Source: Trichinella spiralis
Taxonomy: Eukaryota
DNA length: 64,000 nt
Assembly (NCBI RefSeq): GCF_000181795.1
Contig: NW_003526943.1
Coordinates: 10,474,789 to 10,538,788, forward strand
Direction of reading: 5' to 3'
Shown: positions 46,367-60,965 of the stretch, in pieces
Numbering within the stretch: position 1 is the stretch's first letter
Layout of the letters: every line of letters starts with the position of its first letter
Notes under the pieces: generated by a model
Told to the model about the DNA's origin: nothing
Databases searched by the model: none
The model's input: only the letters and a program-made list of their open reading frames with translations
Position numbers and translations under genes: made by a program

Positions 46367-49211
46367 TGTTAACTTCATAAAACTTTTTGTGCTGTTGTTT
46401 TGTTTTGTTTGGTGCAAAATAAAAATGCTTTTAATACTTTCAAATAGTATGCTGACCAAATTACCAACGGCGAAGAAACTATGAACTAACCTGATGATTC
46501 TTCTAAATAATGCAAAAAAAAGCTATTCTCACCATTCACATTTATTGATTTGATTTGAGTTTATAATACATATAAATATCATGCATGTGAAGAAGGAATA
46601 TAAAATTGAAATCAGACTATTTTTCAATTTTGAACAAAACAATATACATGTAATTGATAACTTGGATTGAAATTAAAAAATAATAATCGTATCACTAAAT
46701 GTTTCAATATACGTACATCATCAGCACCATAATGTCCGAATATTTCAAAAAACAATTTTAAATATTAAGCAAGTTCGTCTGTGTGCAAACTTCTCAATAC
46801 TACACAGGTGTGTGGGAAAATTCGACAGAAAAATGAACCAAACATTCCACTGGCTAAGTTACTTTCTTTGTTTTTTTTTGTTTTCGAACTAAATATCATG
46901 ATAAACACTGCAGATGATGATGGATGATACAACCTTCACCTTTAAGATAAGAATGAAGCATTAGATGAACAGCGCTTTGCATGGCAAAAATCAATAAATC
47001 ACAATGTTCCCATTTGTTTTCTAAAAATAAAAATATTCAAAATGCATGCAAAGAAAATTTTGTTTCACCATCACCCAATACAATTATCTGGAACATAATG
47101 GGCAATGAGTGTGTAATGAAATAACTGTTTTCCGAAGCAAACAAATATTGTAATTAAAAATAATACACATTGTACGAATGCTAGACATATATCATGTAAA
47201 TATATCGAAATGCTGAATATAGTATACAAGTTGAATACTTGTCAAAACAAAGTCTATCATTAAAATCTAAACTAAATAAATAATCTGAAAAAAAGAAATA
47301 AACAATTCATGATAATTTTTCGTTAAGAATATACGAAACATATGAAAAACAAGAATGTAAAACTCTTTATTTCGTAAAATTAGTAATACAATTTATGCTT
47401 TACTTTCATATTAACTTAACCTATGAAATAAATCATTTACATTAAACTACTGACAAACTAAACAAAAAACGTATATCAAAAATTAATGACCATTCATTAG
47501 AGCAGTTTATTTGTAAAAGAGATGAAAAATGTTCATCTTACCTACATAATATCTACAGCAAACTACATCAAAATACCCACTACACCAAAAACGTCACATT
47601 ACATAACAATTCACCGTCACACAACTTACAACCATCAACAGGGTGCGTTATATTTACACAAGACTTCTCTCTAAAAAATGAATAGCAAGTACAATTTGCA
47701 AATACAATTATTATGCATGTTACAATAAATTAAAATTTTACAATAAACAATTATTTAAAATAATTTTTAAAAATAAAAATTGAAATAACTTCAAACGACG
47801 ATGCAATTTTAAGCGACTTTTGGAATTTTGCTATTATGTCAATTTAAATTAATTTCTTTTACTTTATCGATGCAAAGTTACTTCCTCTATTACAAAGGAA
47901 TAAATGAATCTTATATCTTATTAATTTCCTTTATTATATAAATAAATTATCGTTCTTCTTGTTCAACAATAAAGGAAGAGAAGAAATCTTGTCCAGAATG
48001 TTCATAAATAAGCAGAGCACTGCATATCTAGTATTAAAAAAACAATCAAAGAACAGCAAACAGTAGTATAAATATTAAAACATCGTTGACGGAAGTCGGA
48101 TAAAAACTGATATACTATTGCAACTTGATCATATCTTACGGTAATGTACATAAATAGTAAACATTTTTAGTTTTTATGAACATGTGGGTGTTGTTGAAAC
48201 ATTTTTCTAAGTTTTTCTGTGTTGAATATTTTGTTGTCATTTGCTACATCTGTCTGTTTAATTGCTCTGGTGATCTTGTGAATATGAATAAGAACCTGTT
48301 GCCGCGTTTCGTTGGTTTAATTTTGCAAAAGTTTTGCATCTATAAATACTGATGTGACAATTATTCCCCAACATCTTCAAATATTAAAAATAATTGTTTA
48401 AAGTATACTAAAAATTTTGTTCTAATAAACTTGATTTTTATTAATTTACTGTCATTTTGCAATGGTTTTTCATTCATTAGCAGTAGACGTGAATGAGAAC
48501 TGCTATTTGACGAAGAAGCAGAGTTTTCATAAAATAGTAAAATTTATATAGACGTCAGTTTATTTAATGACATGTTTTTCTGCTTTTATTTTCACTTGGG
48601 TATCAGCAAAACATGTGATTGTAACTTCACCTACAAATCGTTGCACTTATAATCGGCCATCATCAGAACTAATTAAAAATATCGACCGAACTGTGTGTGC
48701 TGATCGACAAACGAAGGGCAGTTTTGAAATTTAAGTATCAAGAATTGTGTGGTTCAGATTCTTCGTTCATTTTTCAGTGGTAGCATTTCAAATAGTTCTT
48801 TGTAAATAAATTGAAATTTCAAATTTGATTGATTGCCGTATTTAATATTTTCCGCAAAATGTAATCTGAGATATAGATAGCTTTGCAATTTCTAAAACGG
48901 TTGAGATTAGACAAATTCATGTTGTAAAAATTTATTTCTCTTTTGTTCATAATTTCAAAATAAAAATATGATTTCACATATTATGCATGTAAAAATAATG
49001 CACAGTAAAAATCACGACATAAAATAGTGAGATAAAGAAGGAAGAATATTTTTTTCACAGCTCCCAGTGATGATTAGTATGAAGAATTCGTACATACACA
49101 TACACACAGATAGATAGATATATACAAATATACTAACGCACCAAAATTATATATATACATAATTAATTAGAAATGCAAAAAATAAAAAAATTAAGCATGA
49201 GCTTGAGCTTG

Positions 49212-52200
49212 TTAGGCTGCCGTTTCGGTAGAATTGGGTGGAGAAGCAGCAGTGTCAGCAAAAGCTCGACTGACGAATTCCACCAAGCGTTTGGCGTACT
49301 GTTGCGGTCGTACTGAAGAGATCTCGGCCTCGGCTCCATATTTCACAGTTTTCGCCGCCGTAGCAGTTAACTTTTTCATCCCGTAATAAGTCAAAATATC
49401 AATCAATCCGATGAAATAGATCATTTTTTTCGGTGCATCTGTATGTGAAAATTATAAAATCATTAACTTTATATTAAATCTTCTTTTCTTGTCCCCTTCT
49501 ACATACCTGGTGTGGCAGTTACTGCGTAGAATTCGTCGTCCAATTTCAATTCTGGATAGTCGGAAAATGGTGCAAAAGCACCAGAACTCGGCTCCGGGGA
49601 TTCGGGCGGTGTCGGCTGGCTACCGTATTCGTTGGAACCATCCGAAGCGTTCTCCAGCTCGCTGGAATCGGGACAGACCCCCGGCGAATGGACCGCTTCG
49701 GCAACGGTACGCCTTGGAGAATTGGGCGCCAACTGTTGCTGCTCTTGATCGCACACATGCAATCCGACCAACAATGAATAATCCATCAAATTCAAGCTAG
49801 CCAGAAACTTCAACAAAAAAATTGATCAAATCAATTAAAATTTAAAACATGCTCTATATACAACGCATTTTTTTATACTTCAGTATCTGACGTTAACATG
49901 CTCATCAATTTCTGCCTGGAATCAGCCGACAAATACAGACGACATTTTTCTTCCAAAAAATCCTTATCTTTAAAAGTTGGGAAATCTTTCGCCTAGAAAA
50001 AAAAGAAAAATTTCTATTTTATCCATTCTACCACCAAAAATTCAAACACATGCAACAACTGAAAATTGCCAATAAAATATATTTTGAATAATAAATAATC
50101 AAAGAAACATTTTTACCTTCTCCTTGTCACTTGCTTGTCTTTGAACAGTAGAGCCCTACAGAGAAAAAAAAAGAAATCATTCAATAAAAAGAAACATCAT
50201 ATAGAATAAATATGAATTAATTAATCACTTTGAGATCGTATTTTTTCGTTATTGCATAATTGCGACTGAAAATACTTCGCGTGACCACAACGTACGTTTC
50301 GGCCCCTTCGACTGTCAAACGATACATTCCCAAAAATTGTGGCAACAACGTTTTCGAATGATGCTCAACAATGTACTACACAGAAGGAGTAAATAAGTGA
50401 AATTTGAAAAAAAAACCAAAAAAAATTAGAATACTCACGTTGTGATATTTTTGCAATATGGAGTGCACTTCTGCAACTTCTTCTGCGCAGAGGGTCTTGA
50501 TCAAAAATCGCTTATCATACGAAACAAATACTCGAGCACCGCCACCGCGGCCACTCGGTTCCATCACCACAGGCTCGTGTTTAGTAAGAGATTTCTAAAA
50601 AATCCGAAACATTACCCTTTGATTTTTTTCAAATTTCAATTAATTTTGATACAAATCAAACAAATATATAATACCTATTTATTTAATAATAAATAATGTA
50701 CATAAATTCCACGACAAACTGCATCTATCACAACGTTGCATGCAATGTGGTTTTAAGCAAATGATAAATTTATTCAATTTTAATAAGTTTAAACTGATGC
50801 TTGAATGTTATCAATGAAATTACAAATGGACAAACGTAGAAACAGAATTACAAGAACTTATTCATAATCGACAGAATGAATGGATTAACATGCACACAAT
50901 TGTTGTCAATTTTCCATTTCTGTAACTTTATTTTTGCTTTGCAATAAATAAATTCAGCTTTCACCTGCTCAATCACTCATCCATCAACAGCAATATATGT
51001 TCATTAAATTCTGAATAATTCAATTATCTTTTTTTCAATGTTTAAACTTCCTTATAAAACAACACATTTTACTCAACACGTCAAAAATGATCACGTTCCA
51101 TCAAAAACTGCCAAAAATTTGAAAATTTAACCTGAAACTGCTCAAAACAATATAAATCATGGTTGATGAATTTAAAAAAAAGCTATTATCAACTATAAAG
51201 CACAACTGTTTTCCGTTTTTTTTCTTTCCTGACGCTTGCTGACGCCAACTGTGTGTAGTTTTAGAAAAACATGATCTGAATTATAACTTCAATAAATTTC
51301 TTTTTCATCAAAGTAATTATTATTATTATTATTTCAGAAAAAAATGCCTCATATAACAACTGCTGAAGCGGACCGAGATGTTGGTGTAATTAAAAGGCGG
51401 TTTCTTCCGCTTTAATCTGCTTGCAATGAATGAAATCAATGAAAATAATACGCGGAACAACTTTTACCAAAAACAAGATAAAATTTAATAAATAAAGACT
51501 TAAAGAAATAAAGTTCATATTTTCCCTCAATTAAAATTCACATCCGTTTGCGTTTGAATAGACCAAATTGTGAAATTTATGTTCAATCGACAAATAAAAG
51601 AAGATACGTTCTTATTTTTTTTGAATATATCCTTGTTGATAATTGATTACTTCGCCTTGAATCACTCTTAATTAATTCACCATTTGCTGAATGAAATCTT
51701 GTGATCAACAGGCAGTGTTTACTCCAATTCAGATACCCAAGCCACAGAGAAAACAAGAAATAAGATTTGCCAATCAAATTATTAAAAACATCCTACAGAA
51801 ATATAAAATTAAAGGCCCATCCCATGCAAGAAGCATAATGTAGATTTGTATAATAAATGTACTTATATATATACTGATAATAATTTCTTTTCTACTACCT
51901 AATATTAAGCTACATTTTGATGAAACTCTAGAATAAGAAATTAAAATAACTAGACATTAAAATAATGACAGCTTCAAATTGAACAGCAAGTACTCCAGCA
52001 GTTGGAATGTCTTTAACTGGAAAGTGATAGATTCATCTACACATGACCTGCATTGTGAAAGATATGCTTGCGTTCTTAAGCTGCCATCAACAGCAGTGAA
52101 AAAAGATTCAAACAACAGACATCACCACCAAACAGCTTCATCGTGTATACAAATAATATTTCAAGTGACGTCAAAAAATCAAGAACTACCTTTTGCTTTT

Positions 52201-53236
52201 TTTTTCAAAACTCAACTTTTCAATAATTTCAAAATTTTACAACTATCTATTTAAAATGTTAGTCATAAATTTTCCTGATTTAAATCAATAATAAATATTC
52301 ATGATTAATGATTCAGGCGCAAATTAAAAAAAAATAAATATTATATCATCATTTCTAAGATGACAACCCAGAATAACGTTTATTTTTCTTTTTTTTACTG
52401 GCACGATAAAAAGAAAAGAAAACTTACTAAATAATCATCGTCATCAATAGCAAATTTTTCACGAATGCTTCGAAACACGTTTGGACAATATTCCTTCACT
52501 TTAAAATGACTTGGCATGCTTTCTCTAGAAAAAAATAATTTTTTTTTCTGTTTATTCTGAAATTCCACACTGACAATCACAACAACAAAATTTACTTATT
52601 GAAAAGATGATTGTCGATTCTAATTTTAGAAAAAGCTTTAAAATCGTCGGGCATCAATAATCGAGTAGGTGGAATGTGACTGGATTCGGTTATCTGCAAA
52701 AGTAATAATTCATAATAATGATTATATGACCATTCAACAAAACGTCTACACAAAATTTGTGCAAAAGTTAACCAACCATTATTTGCTATTAAAATGATCA
52801 ATTGAACAATAAATCAATCCATTTTTATCAACTAGCAATAGCAATGAATAAAACTGTTCTGAAATCATTCGAACAATCAATGTAAAATCGAATTACCAAA
52901 AGAATATTTCTTAACTTAATATCATGCAGTTCAATGTTCAAGATGCAAATTGTTTTTTTTTTGAAATTAGAAATGATCTTTCTGCAAGTATTGGATAATT
53001 GTCAAAATTCCAGTCATGATGATCATAATTTTTCCAAGCATTTTGCAAATTATACGTGGTTTCGAATGAGTTTCAACATTTATTCAAAGCCAACAAAAAA
53101 ATACTTCTATGCTTACCGTGTGATTGATGCCCCACATGAATACGCTGAGGAAAGGGTCGCTTGAACGGAAAAGCTTCCATTTCGGTACAATTGGACGTCG
53201 AGGCTTATGTTTCATCTTCTTCTTTGATTTCATCAT
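49212..53236 (-). CDS. PIP4K2: Phosphatidylinositol 5-phosphate 4-kinase type 2 (ppk-2-like), multi-exon
   Basis: [79 protein letters not shown] and [13 protein letters not shown]. Confidence 0.95.
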
Positions 53237-56200
53237 CGTTGACGTGTGACAGCACTGCAAGAGAATAATTTAAAACAGTTAAACTAACCATAAACTGACA
53301 AACAATAAACATTCAATCATTTAAATTCGTCAAAATTCTTCTCCTTTAAAAATATTAATTAAAAAACTTGATTCATAATTCACGAAAAATTTTCAAACTT
53401 CTGCACGTTGCTTGTCAACAATTTTCGCGTTTTGAAATCAGTATTAACATGTTATTGTAACAAGTATATCGTGCACACTTAAATTCAAAGCGGAGCAATT
53501 TTTCAACGTCTGAACATTAAACGCCTCAAGTGCAGTAATAAAAGGAACAAAGACAAGTGGGGAAAAGCCAGTAAGAGCAGTGTCGTCGACTGGTGACGAT
53601 GACCGGATTCGATTAAACTGAGCAGCGTAGTCGATTTACAATAGTAAATCATTCTGCTTCACTCATCGACGGCAGATCACGTCATCAGGAAGGAAATGAA
53701 TGCAACTATCATCGAGCAAAAACTATCAGCTCACTATAAATGTGAAACACCGACTTTAAAACAAAAATGTTCAATCATAATAATAAAATACTTCAATTAT
53801 TAATTAAGCGAATTAATGTTTCAGTAGAACAACAATCTTCAATGAAATAAACGAATAACACTGCTTTTCCGCTGACTGATCGAACACAATTTACTCAATA
53901 ATCTGCAAGGTGTTGCCATGCATGCTTGCTGTTTGCTCACTTATACGAATGCATTTGTCTGCTGATATTTTGTCAATTGAAAAACTGATTTGCAAAATTT
54001 ACACAATTTCATTCAATTCATAATGGAAACATAAACAGTTCTATCACCACTGAACAACTTTCACTTAACACCACCTAGGTCACAGTGGAGCGGTATTTAC
54101 CGGCATACGGTAATTTAAAATCAGGTTCCAATTTTTATTAATAAAACAAATTATTTTTTTGCAATAAAAAAGAAATTCAAAATAATATACCTTCGAAGTT
54201 GGGTTTTCCAAAAACTTATTTCCACTAAAAAATGTGCTTTTAAATTTAACAACCTTCATCCTGTTGTTCAGTAAAACTTCAGAATGCTTAAAACTAAACA
54301 GAGAAATTTCAAATGATCAGCATCAGTTATCAGTTGAACAATTTATACTGCGTTGTTGTAAATATAATCTGGATTTGACAAAAATCAGGACAAAACGGAA
54401 GCTTAATGAATATTGCAATATGTTGTCAGTTGAATTTGCACTGCAAAAGTGATTCTACTGTCGAAAGAAGGAAATATGTAGCAAATATTTCCTCATAAAT
54501 ATAATTCTAAATTGATAGCACTTTTTCTCATGAGTTTAGTTCAGTTAGGGATCGTAACTGCATTAACATCATCTTTAAAATAAACTATAAAACAGTGCAC
54601 TTTTGAAATTAAATAAAATGAATTTGTTTTGAAAAACCATTGTTGACATGTTTTCATGACCAATCGTTCATTAAATAAGATTAAAGCAATCAATGCAAAT
54701 CTAGTTATTGAAACATGATTAATTTTTGACAGCTAAATAAGCAATAAATATGATTATATGTAGCTTTATTTATGCAATAATTTCAGTTCAGTTGCTTCAG
54801 AGTTGCTTGCATTGCTCTTGCAGTTGCTCTGAAATAAAGCGTTTAACATCTACCTAATTGCATACTATTTTTTAAGCAGAGCCTAACGCACATTGTTGTT
54901 TCATTTCATGTTTTATCGAATTAAAAAAAAACAATTTGATATTAAAATATACTTTTTAACAACTTTGTGTCTTATCTGAAAAAAATTCTATTGAAAAAGA
55001 AACTTTTTATTGAATCAATCGCTCTTCCATTGAATCTTTAAAGCTTGTGAAATGTTACGCTTTAGCCGACTTTTACTTCATGAAACACGCTACTTAGTGG
55101 AAGATTAAAATTTCAATAGAAAAACAAACATGCAGTTTCTTACGTAATCAAATGATTGAATCACGTAACCGACTTTCTATAATGCTATCAACATGACAAT
55201 AAATGAAAAAAATACCACAGAGATAAAAAGAGACGGAAAATTCTTATGTTTACCAATTCGATCTTGCCAGCCAGTCAATTTGCAAGAAACATTTCCATTT
55301 CCAATCTTGTTATGGTGAAGACTTCTTGTTAGCTAATTGGTTGTTAGCGCAGACGATCGAACCAGTCGACTGGCACGAGACCAACGCCAATATAAAGGGA
55401 GTAAGGGAATCGATCTTTGGTCACTAGCAAGGCGAAATGCAGCTATGCAGCACGCAATTGTATAACAATCGATAAATCTGCATAACAATTTTTATTGAAA
55501 ATGAAAGAAAATATTTCTTTGAGATGTCGTTTAAAAGTTTAAAGAAATTTATTCTTGTTTGTCTTATTACTGTATCAAGTGTTATTTTTTACCAGAAAGT
55601 AATTTTCAACTAGTTTTCATCATATAAATGTTGTGTGTTTTGATTGATGTTTTCGTAAAACAAATACAAGAATATCAGTTCAGAATAAATTATCACAAAT
55701 ATGTAAACTGCGCAATTTGTTGCAAACGAAAATGTACATTCTCAAGCACTCTCAAGATATGCGTAATAAAATCCAGAGCATAAACAAAATGGATAATTTT
55801 TATTAAATGATGCACCATTCAACAAAAATTTTTTTTAATTTAATTTTGAAAATGAAAGTAACTTCCCGTAGTTCTACCTGAAATTTGTTTAATAAAGGTT
55901 TTCTACGAAACAATTTATTGCAAACCATTTTCATTACGTCATTTATTAGAAAACTTTTTGTTCAAAACAATCAGCAACAAACATGAAAATATTTTTTTGG
56001 ATTATGTAAATAATTTAAACCTATTTTTCTATTCCAGTTAAATTTGTTTTTCTTTTATTGAAATTAAATCACATGCTTTGCCAAACTAACTAGTTGTTTT
56101 CACATGAAAAGTATTATTTGTTGAAATAAATGTTTCTGATAAACAAAGCAAACATCACGAATGTAAAATTTTTGCAAAAAAATCTCACAATTAGCTTTTG

Positions 56201-56259
56201 TAGCCATTTTTTGTTTATTTATTTGTTATGCGCATTAAATTAGAACAAAAAAAATAAAA

Positions 56260-57081
56260 TTATAATGCGGATGATGTATTTGTGGGAACTTTGGCAGATT
56301 CTTGAGAGATCATTTTGCAAACATCCATCAGGCTTTTGAAAGACCGCGGTTCATTGCTACCCAGCAAAGAGAGCATTTTCGTATTCAATCTGATGTTTGC
56401 CTGCAATAAAAACAGAAACTGCCACAATCACTCTTTTTTATATAAACTGAAATTGTTATCCATCATGGCTTTTCATTGGAAAAATAGTGTTAGCATATCA
56501 GACGCTGATTATTATTCAGTCTATCACGTACTTTATTTAAACTTTCTTTCAGCTGTTCGTAAGAAACTCCATGTTCATTTGCAGCAGCTTGAACACGTTT
56601 TTCATAATACTAGATTATTGAGAGATGTAATTAATAAACAAAAAATATAATAATAAAAAAAGTACCCAATTACGCATTTCTGGCAAATCTTTTCGATGTT
56701 CAGTCATCTTTTGCCAAGCATGTTGCAAATGATTTAATGCTGGAGAATATTTGTCTCGGGCATCTGCATAATACCACTAAAATCTTTTAATTCAAAACAT
56801 CGCATTTATAATAATATGAATTTGGCATGTTCATTTTGCATTCATTATTCAGAATGAAATTACTGGTCAAAATAAGGAAAGTTTTGTTAAGTCTATTACA
56901 AGAAAAACATTTTTTTAGACTGAAGAATAGAATGGGGTGAAAAATCACTTCTCACCCCAGTAAAACGGAAAACCCGTTGTCTTTTAAACCACCGTGTACG
57001 TTTTGGCAGTGGAAAGTCGACTGGATGAGGTGAATTTAGAAATCGTCGTGGGAACCACTTTGCACAGGAAAGAAAAACCAT
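56260..57081 (-). CDS. MRPL20: Mitochondrial ribosomal protein bL20m, 4 exons
   Basis: MVFLS... start; RVQAAANEHGVSY and NIRLNTKMLSLLGSNEPRSFKSL match the bL20 RIxAAxxEHG..Y and LNRKxLxxLAxxEPxxF motifs. Confidence 0.88.
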
Positions 57082-57371
57082 TTTGGACTAAAATATTTTC
57101 AAAAAATAATATCAAACTGACAAGAAACACAGTAATCCAGCTGAAAGTACAAATATTTTTCGGATGGCTTTACTGTAATAATCGATTGATCGTTGCAATT
57201 ATTTAATTGATAAAAACTGTTTGATTTTATTCGCAACAATTGATCAATAATAATCTAGAAAATTGTGAACAAAAATTAAATTTCTAAAGTCTGCTGAAAA
57301 AATTTATTAATCAATAACAGTGTTCCACGAAGTGAAAGTAAACATTAAAAATGTAGCAAATTTTTGTAAAA

Positions 57372-59981
57372 TTAAAAATCGGCTTTCTTCGATTTGGTCT
57401 TTATTAGTTCATCACACAACATCACCAACTCTTGGATTTGCTTATCCTGAAATAAAAATACTTGCTATAGAAAACGACAGAATGTCAGCAAATAATTTGA
57501 TGCTTCATTCACCATTTGATCACAATCTTCCTTCAATGTTTGGACGGCTAATTCATTTTTTTTCACCTCTGCCGTTAAAGCAACCAAATCCTCTCTTTGT
57601 GATACTACTGCTTCATCTTTATTTTCTAACACCCTAAAAAACAAATAAACAGTTTTCATCCGTTTGTAATAAAATCAACAAAGCAAAAAGAAAATTACGT
57701 TTTCATCAACTCTTTTACATGTTCCTTCAGCTGCATCATTCGGTTTGTCGACTGTAAAAAATTTTTCCTACCCTCTTCTAAACAAGCTTTCAGCTTTGCA
57801 TCATTCTACAATATTATTGAAAAGAGTTGAAATTTTTACAAAAAAACAATAAATACTTATTTAAAAATTCAACATACTTCTAGGCAATTTTTATAACTGA
57901 GACAAAATTTTTCATATCTTTTTTGCAATTCAGAAATAACATTTTCGGCTGATATTAAGTCTTCCAAAATCTGAAATGATACAACTGAAATTATTTTCAA
58001 AATTAAATAATATGAATAAACGTACTTGATTACGATCATCTAACACACGAACATATTCCATATTTTTCGTGATGGAGTTCATTTCTTCTAGAAATTTACA
58101 ATTTCCCACAACAGTGTTTATAAAATATTTATATTATTCAATCAAGATTAATTGCTTTTAAACATTTTACTCTTTTTACATACTATATCATCAAAGTGTT
58201 TACAACAGTGAATTATTATCCTTTGAAAAAATCAAAGTTCCAATTCACTCATAACAGAGAAAAGCTCGTGAAAATAAAAATAAAAAAGTACTTACTGGAC
58301 GCTTCAATAAGCCTGTCTTCGTAGTTTTTAATAGTGCTACAATAAATGAATGAATGAATGAATGAATAACAGAATTTAATTAATTATCAAGTAAAAAGTT
58401 ATCAAGCACCATTGTATTTCATCACGGGTTTTCTTCTTCATCATATTCTGCTCTTTCCAGCGAGCAATATCATCTTGTACTTTTTGAATTTCTATAGCTT
58501 GCTCATTAATCTCATCAATCAAACGTTCTTTCATTGAACTGTACTCGTTTTCCATATCAGACGCTGATTTCTATGAATCATAAAATCAAACATCTCTTCG
58601 TTATACACAAGCAAAAATCGCTTTCTGTTTAACAGAAAAAAAGCATACATCGTCAACAACTGCATTAAATAGATTTTCCAATGCAATGCCATTTTTCATT
58701 ATATCTAGTCGGGGTGATCGTCGGCGAACCACAGTTGCAGGCGTACAGGTCGATACACGTTGGCATGAAGGCGTACTGAACGATGCTCTGTTGAAATGGA
58801 AAAAGAAGATTTTTCATTGAAATTAACATATGCATTAACAAAATTTACAGATCATTTGTGAAAACAGAATCTGATGAAAAGTCTTTAAAATTTGCAGGCG
58901 ATGAACTGCATTCTGAAAGTACCACATTTTCCACCGTTTCTGCTTTTGGACATTGAGCGTCAACAAAAGAAGCCAAACTTAATAACTGTTGCTCGGAACT
59001 AACACCAACGGTATTCAAATTTTCAACCTAAATCAAGCAAAAACTCACAATTCAACAGAGGAAAGACTGAATGAACGAGATGAAAACAAAAAAAAACAAT
59101 TTATCAATTATATTTAATTTTTATTTCAACTGTGCAAATGCGTGAGTATTATCCTATCGCTCCACTTAATATAACGCAAAACAGAATAAAATTAGTAAGC
59201 AAATTTCAAAAAAAAAACTTCATTTAAATTGAATCAAATGCTCAGCTCTAAGCAATTTTTCCATCGATTAGACTGTTCAAAACAATTTACCATAACGGTT
59301 TGCAAAGAAGAACGTTCTGATCGACGAAACGTTGGTTCTACAACCGCTGTCTGAGGATGCCGCAGCGATGTACTATCCTGAACATTGCAATAAAAAAGTG
59401 ATAAATCAAAATTGTACATAACAAAATTTATTTCACTCTTCACGCAATTAAACAACAAAAAGCATTATATATTATCATCATTGTGTAACAGAAGGAAGTA
59501 TTCTTCCAAAATAGTTTACTAACACCATGACAACAACGAAAAATTAACGTCTAACTACAAACCGGTGGTAGTAATTGTGAAATCTAATTCAAAATGAAAA
59601 ACGTATTAATTTCATAATTTTATCATCTTTTGCCTTGTTCTTTCAAAATATGCAAAGAAGACTTCCCTAAATATAACCAGAAGAAAAATAAAGTATTAAA
59701 AAAGTTTGCATTCACAGCTTTATTGCATGTGAATATCCTAAATACAAAAAATAAAAGTCAAAATACATTTAAAATTTTTTAAAAGCATTATAAGAAAAAC
59801 GCAGAGAAAGCCATATTTAAGTAAATGTCTAAGAAACAAGATATAAATTTATTACTGATAATAATAATCACATCTATTATTAAAAAATAACTAAAACAAT
59901 ATTTTACATAAAATGCTTGATGTACATGAAAATATTATAATCCATATTTACATTCTTTCGCTGCACCTTTTCTGCATCCAT
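57372..59981 (-). CDS. TACC-domain coiled-coil protein, multi-exon; 5' end uncertain
   Basis: IKNYEDRL, ILEDLISAENVISELQKRYEK, DLVALTAEVKKNELAVQTLKE and terminal exon DKQIQELVMLCDELI resemble the TACC C-terminal domain (ending EL..ICD.LI). Ser/Pro-rich upstream exons. Confidence 0.65.
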
Positions 59982-60965
59982 ATGGAACAGTTAACAACAA
60001 TAAACAGCTAATTTATCAACAGCTGAAACCAGTTGCAGTCCACTTTTTCAAGTTCAAATATGAGGTCAACTTTCATAGGTACAGTATCAAGATAATAATG
60101 TTTAATAAAACCTTACAGCAATAATTTGAATTCATATCAAGTTTTACAAAGCAGTAAACTTTTACAGTAAAAAATATATTATAGTATTTTTAATTTTATT
60201 TATTTAAAACAATTTTTGGTAATTTTTAAACGTTCACTTAACAAAAGGAGTAAAGAAATAAGAAAGAAATGAGCTTAATAAGTGAACAACTGTTTTTACT
60301 TGCAGTGTTGCAAAATTTCAAGAAGAAGTAGAAAGTTGTTTCATAAAATGACAAAGATATTACAACTGAATTTTTGAATTGCAGTTTTCTCTCTCAGCTA
60401 GGAGCATTTTATCAATTTAAAAGCAACTTTTGCAATCGAACTTAACAAGCTAATTGTATACTGTATTTCTCGTAGTTAATTCTTGTAATCTTTGGTAAAT
60501 GTTAAATTTTAAATGTAAAACTAATATCTGAAAGTAACTTTTATAAATTTTTTAAAAGTGTATGAAAATTATTTTGAAGGAAAATTTCGTATAACAAACG
60601 CAAATTTAAATGAAAATATCATTGCTTAGTGATCTTACTATTTATGTTCCAGTTCACGGAGCTAATTTATAAGCTCAATTTAAATGCATGCCGAAGTGTA
60701 GCATGGTGTTCATATTCAATGTTTATGATTTTAATATAGGTGCTTGGTAAACAATTTCAGTAGTGTTGCTTGATTTTTAGAGCGTTTATTTTCGAAAACT
60801 GTTTCACTGAAAGTTTATTTTTTTTCTATTTGAGTAGTTGGCACTTTTGCATTATCGCTGAGAATTTTACTGAAAAATTGAATTGACGTCTTCGTTACTC
60901 CTGTTTAAAGTGGCAGATTTTGATATAAAAACTCTTTCATTCTTTTCATTTAAGAATAAGAAGCT

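Noticed and set aside
55362..55373. 12-bp palindrome CCAGTCGACTGG upstream of PIP4K2
   Set aside because: Too short to separate from chance without conservation data.
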